Assembly: GCA_002633005.1 (NCBI GenBank)
Contig: NMRA01000848.1
Coordinates: forward strand, 15,257-79,256
DNA length: 64,000 bases
Direction of reading: 5' to 3'
From: Phoronis australis
Taxonomy: Eukaryota > Animalia > Phoronida
The notes below the pieces were generated by a model. That model was given only the letters and a program-made list of their open reading frames with translations, searched no databases and was not told the origin of the DNA. Positions 63,037 through 64,000 of this stretch are shown in pieces. Each line of letters begins with the position of its first letter. The first letter of the stretch is position 1. Both the position numbers and the translations under genes were made by a program.

Positions 63037-64000
63037 AGAAGTCCCTCCATTTTCAAAGCGCATCCTTGTTCACTACGTTTCTGAAACGTAATGTATACAG
63101 GTATCTCTCCGGCAACTTGAAGTTGTTGAAAATCTGATTATGACATATTTAAACTTCATTTCTGAAATCTAACAAGAGTATTTGGATTCCTGGCTCATTT
63201 TTGAACCTGGGCAGTTGGGTATTAGTGATTTTAGGGTAAAAATGCTAACACCGCAATTTTCGGTCATTCTTTAGCATGCCACTTGGGAGCATGAAGCAAT
63301 GCAAAAAAACATGACTTTGCTGAACTTTTCATCTTTTTGTAACCCCCAGCGAATGTGGTTTCTGTAAGCAAAACTTTTTCATGTGTCTTGAGACAGGGTG
63401 AAATATGGGGATTTTCTTGACCTAGACCATAATGGTCTTATGCTTATACTTTTTATGGGAGGTAAACAGATGACATAAGTGTTACAGTTGACGTATTTCG
63501 ACATACAATCCAGGCCAATAATCCATTAGTTTGTGGATACATGAAGATGTACCTTTAAAAATTCACGGGCCCCTGTGAAAACCGAAAATGCCCGTATGTA
63601 CACCATATTACAAGTTATTGGTCATTTGAAAGCGCATAGTATTACAATACATTTTCATTTGTCACCAAATTGTTTGGTACTGACAATGATTTATATCGCG
63701 CCGATAATAGAAAGTGCCATGTATGCTTATGGAGTTGTCAGCTCCATAGTCGCAACGGCCATTGATGCGAAGGGCTGATAGTTCAATAAGGGGCAAGTTT
63801 TCGGCTCACATCTTGGTTGATTTCTTGAGTGGTGACGGATTGGGTGTTGGTATTTTCGATATCAATACGCCAGCCTTGTATGTGGCTAATGTGACAAATG
63901 CACTAAAATCTGATACGCCAATTTGGAAAAACGAACTGGCGGTGTGCGTTTTTCTTTTCCGCAAACACAAAAAGTTATGCCTTGATTTGTTTTGCTCAAG

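Overview
Intron-rich, repeat-rich eukaryotic (invertebrate-like) genomic DNA from a draft assembly with single-N joins at 3432, 19808 and 34309 and a 38-N gap at 25108-25145. Most entries in the ORF track are not genes. By reading splice sites and frames by hand I reconstructed four multi-exon genes for extracellular proteins. (1) A + strand ADAM-like gene (5937-15205): disintegrin, collapsed Cys-rich region, EGF, two TSP1 repeats and a short hydrophobic tail. (2) A - strand secreted C-type lectin (17360-19057), with a second, incomplete copy that is probably the other haplotype. (3) A complete + strand gene (31637-55223): signal peptide, 2 WSC, 3 kringle and a GPI-like tail. (4) The 3' end of a convergent ADAM-like paralog on the - strand (61029-62664). 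Introns and spacers hold decayed Academ-, Kolobok- and Sola3-type DNA transposons, LINE fragments and several MITE families. The most striking unannotated signal is the palindrome TACATGTA: about 30 copies by eye, several shown to be 6-bp insertions at TA sites, consistent with Tc1/mariner-type excision footprints. All domain and family calls come from motif recognition, not database searches.
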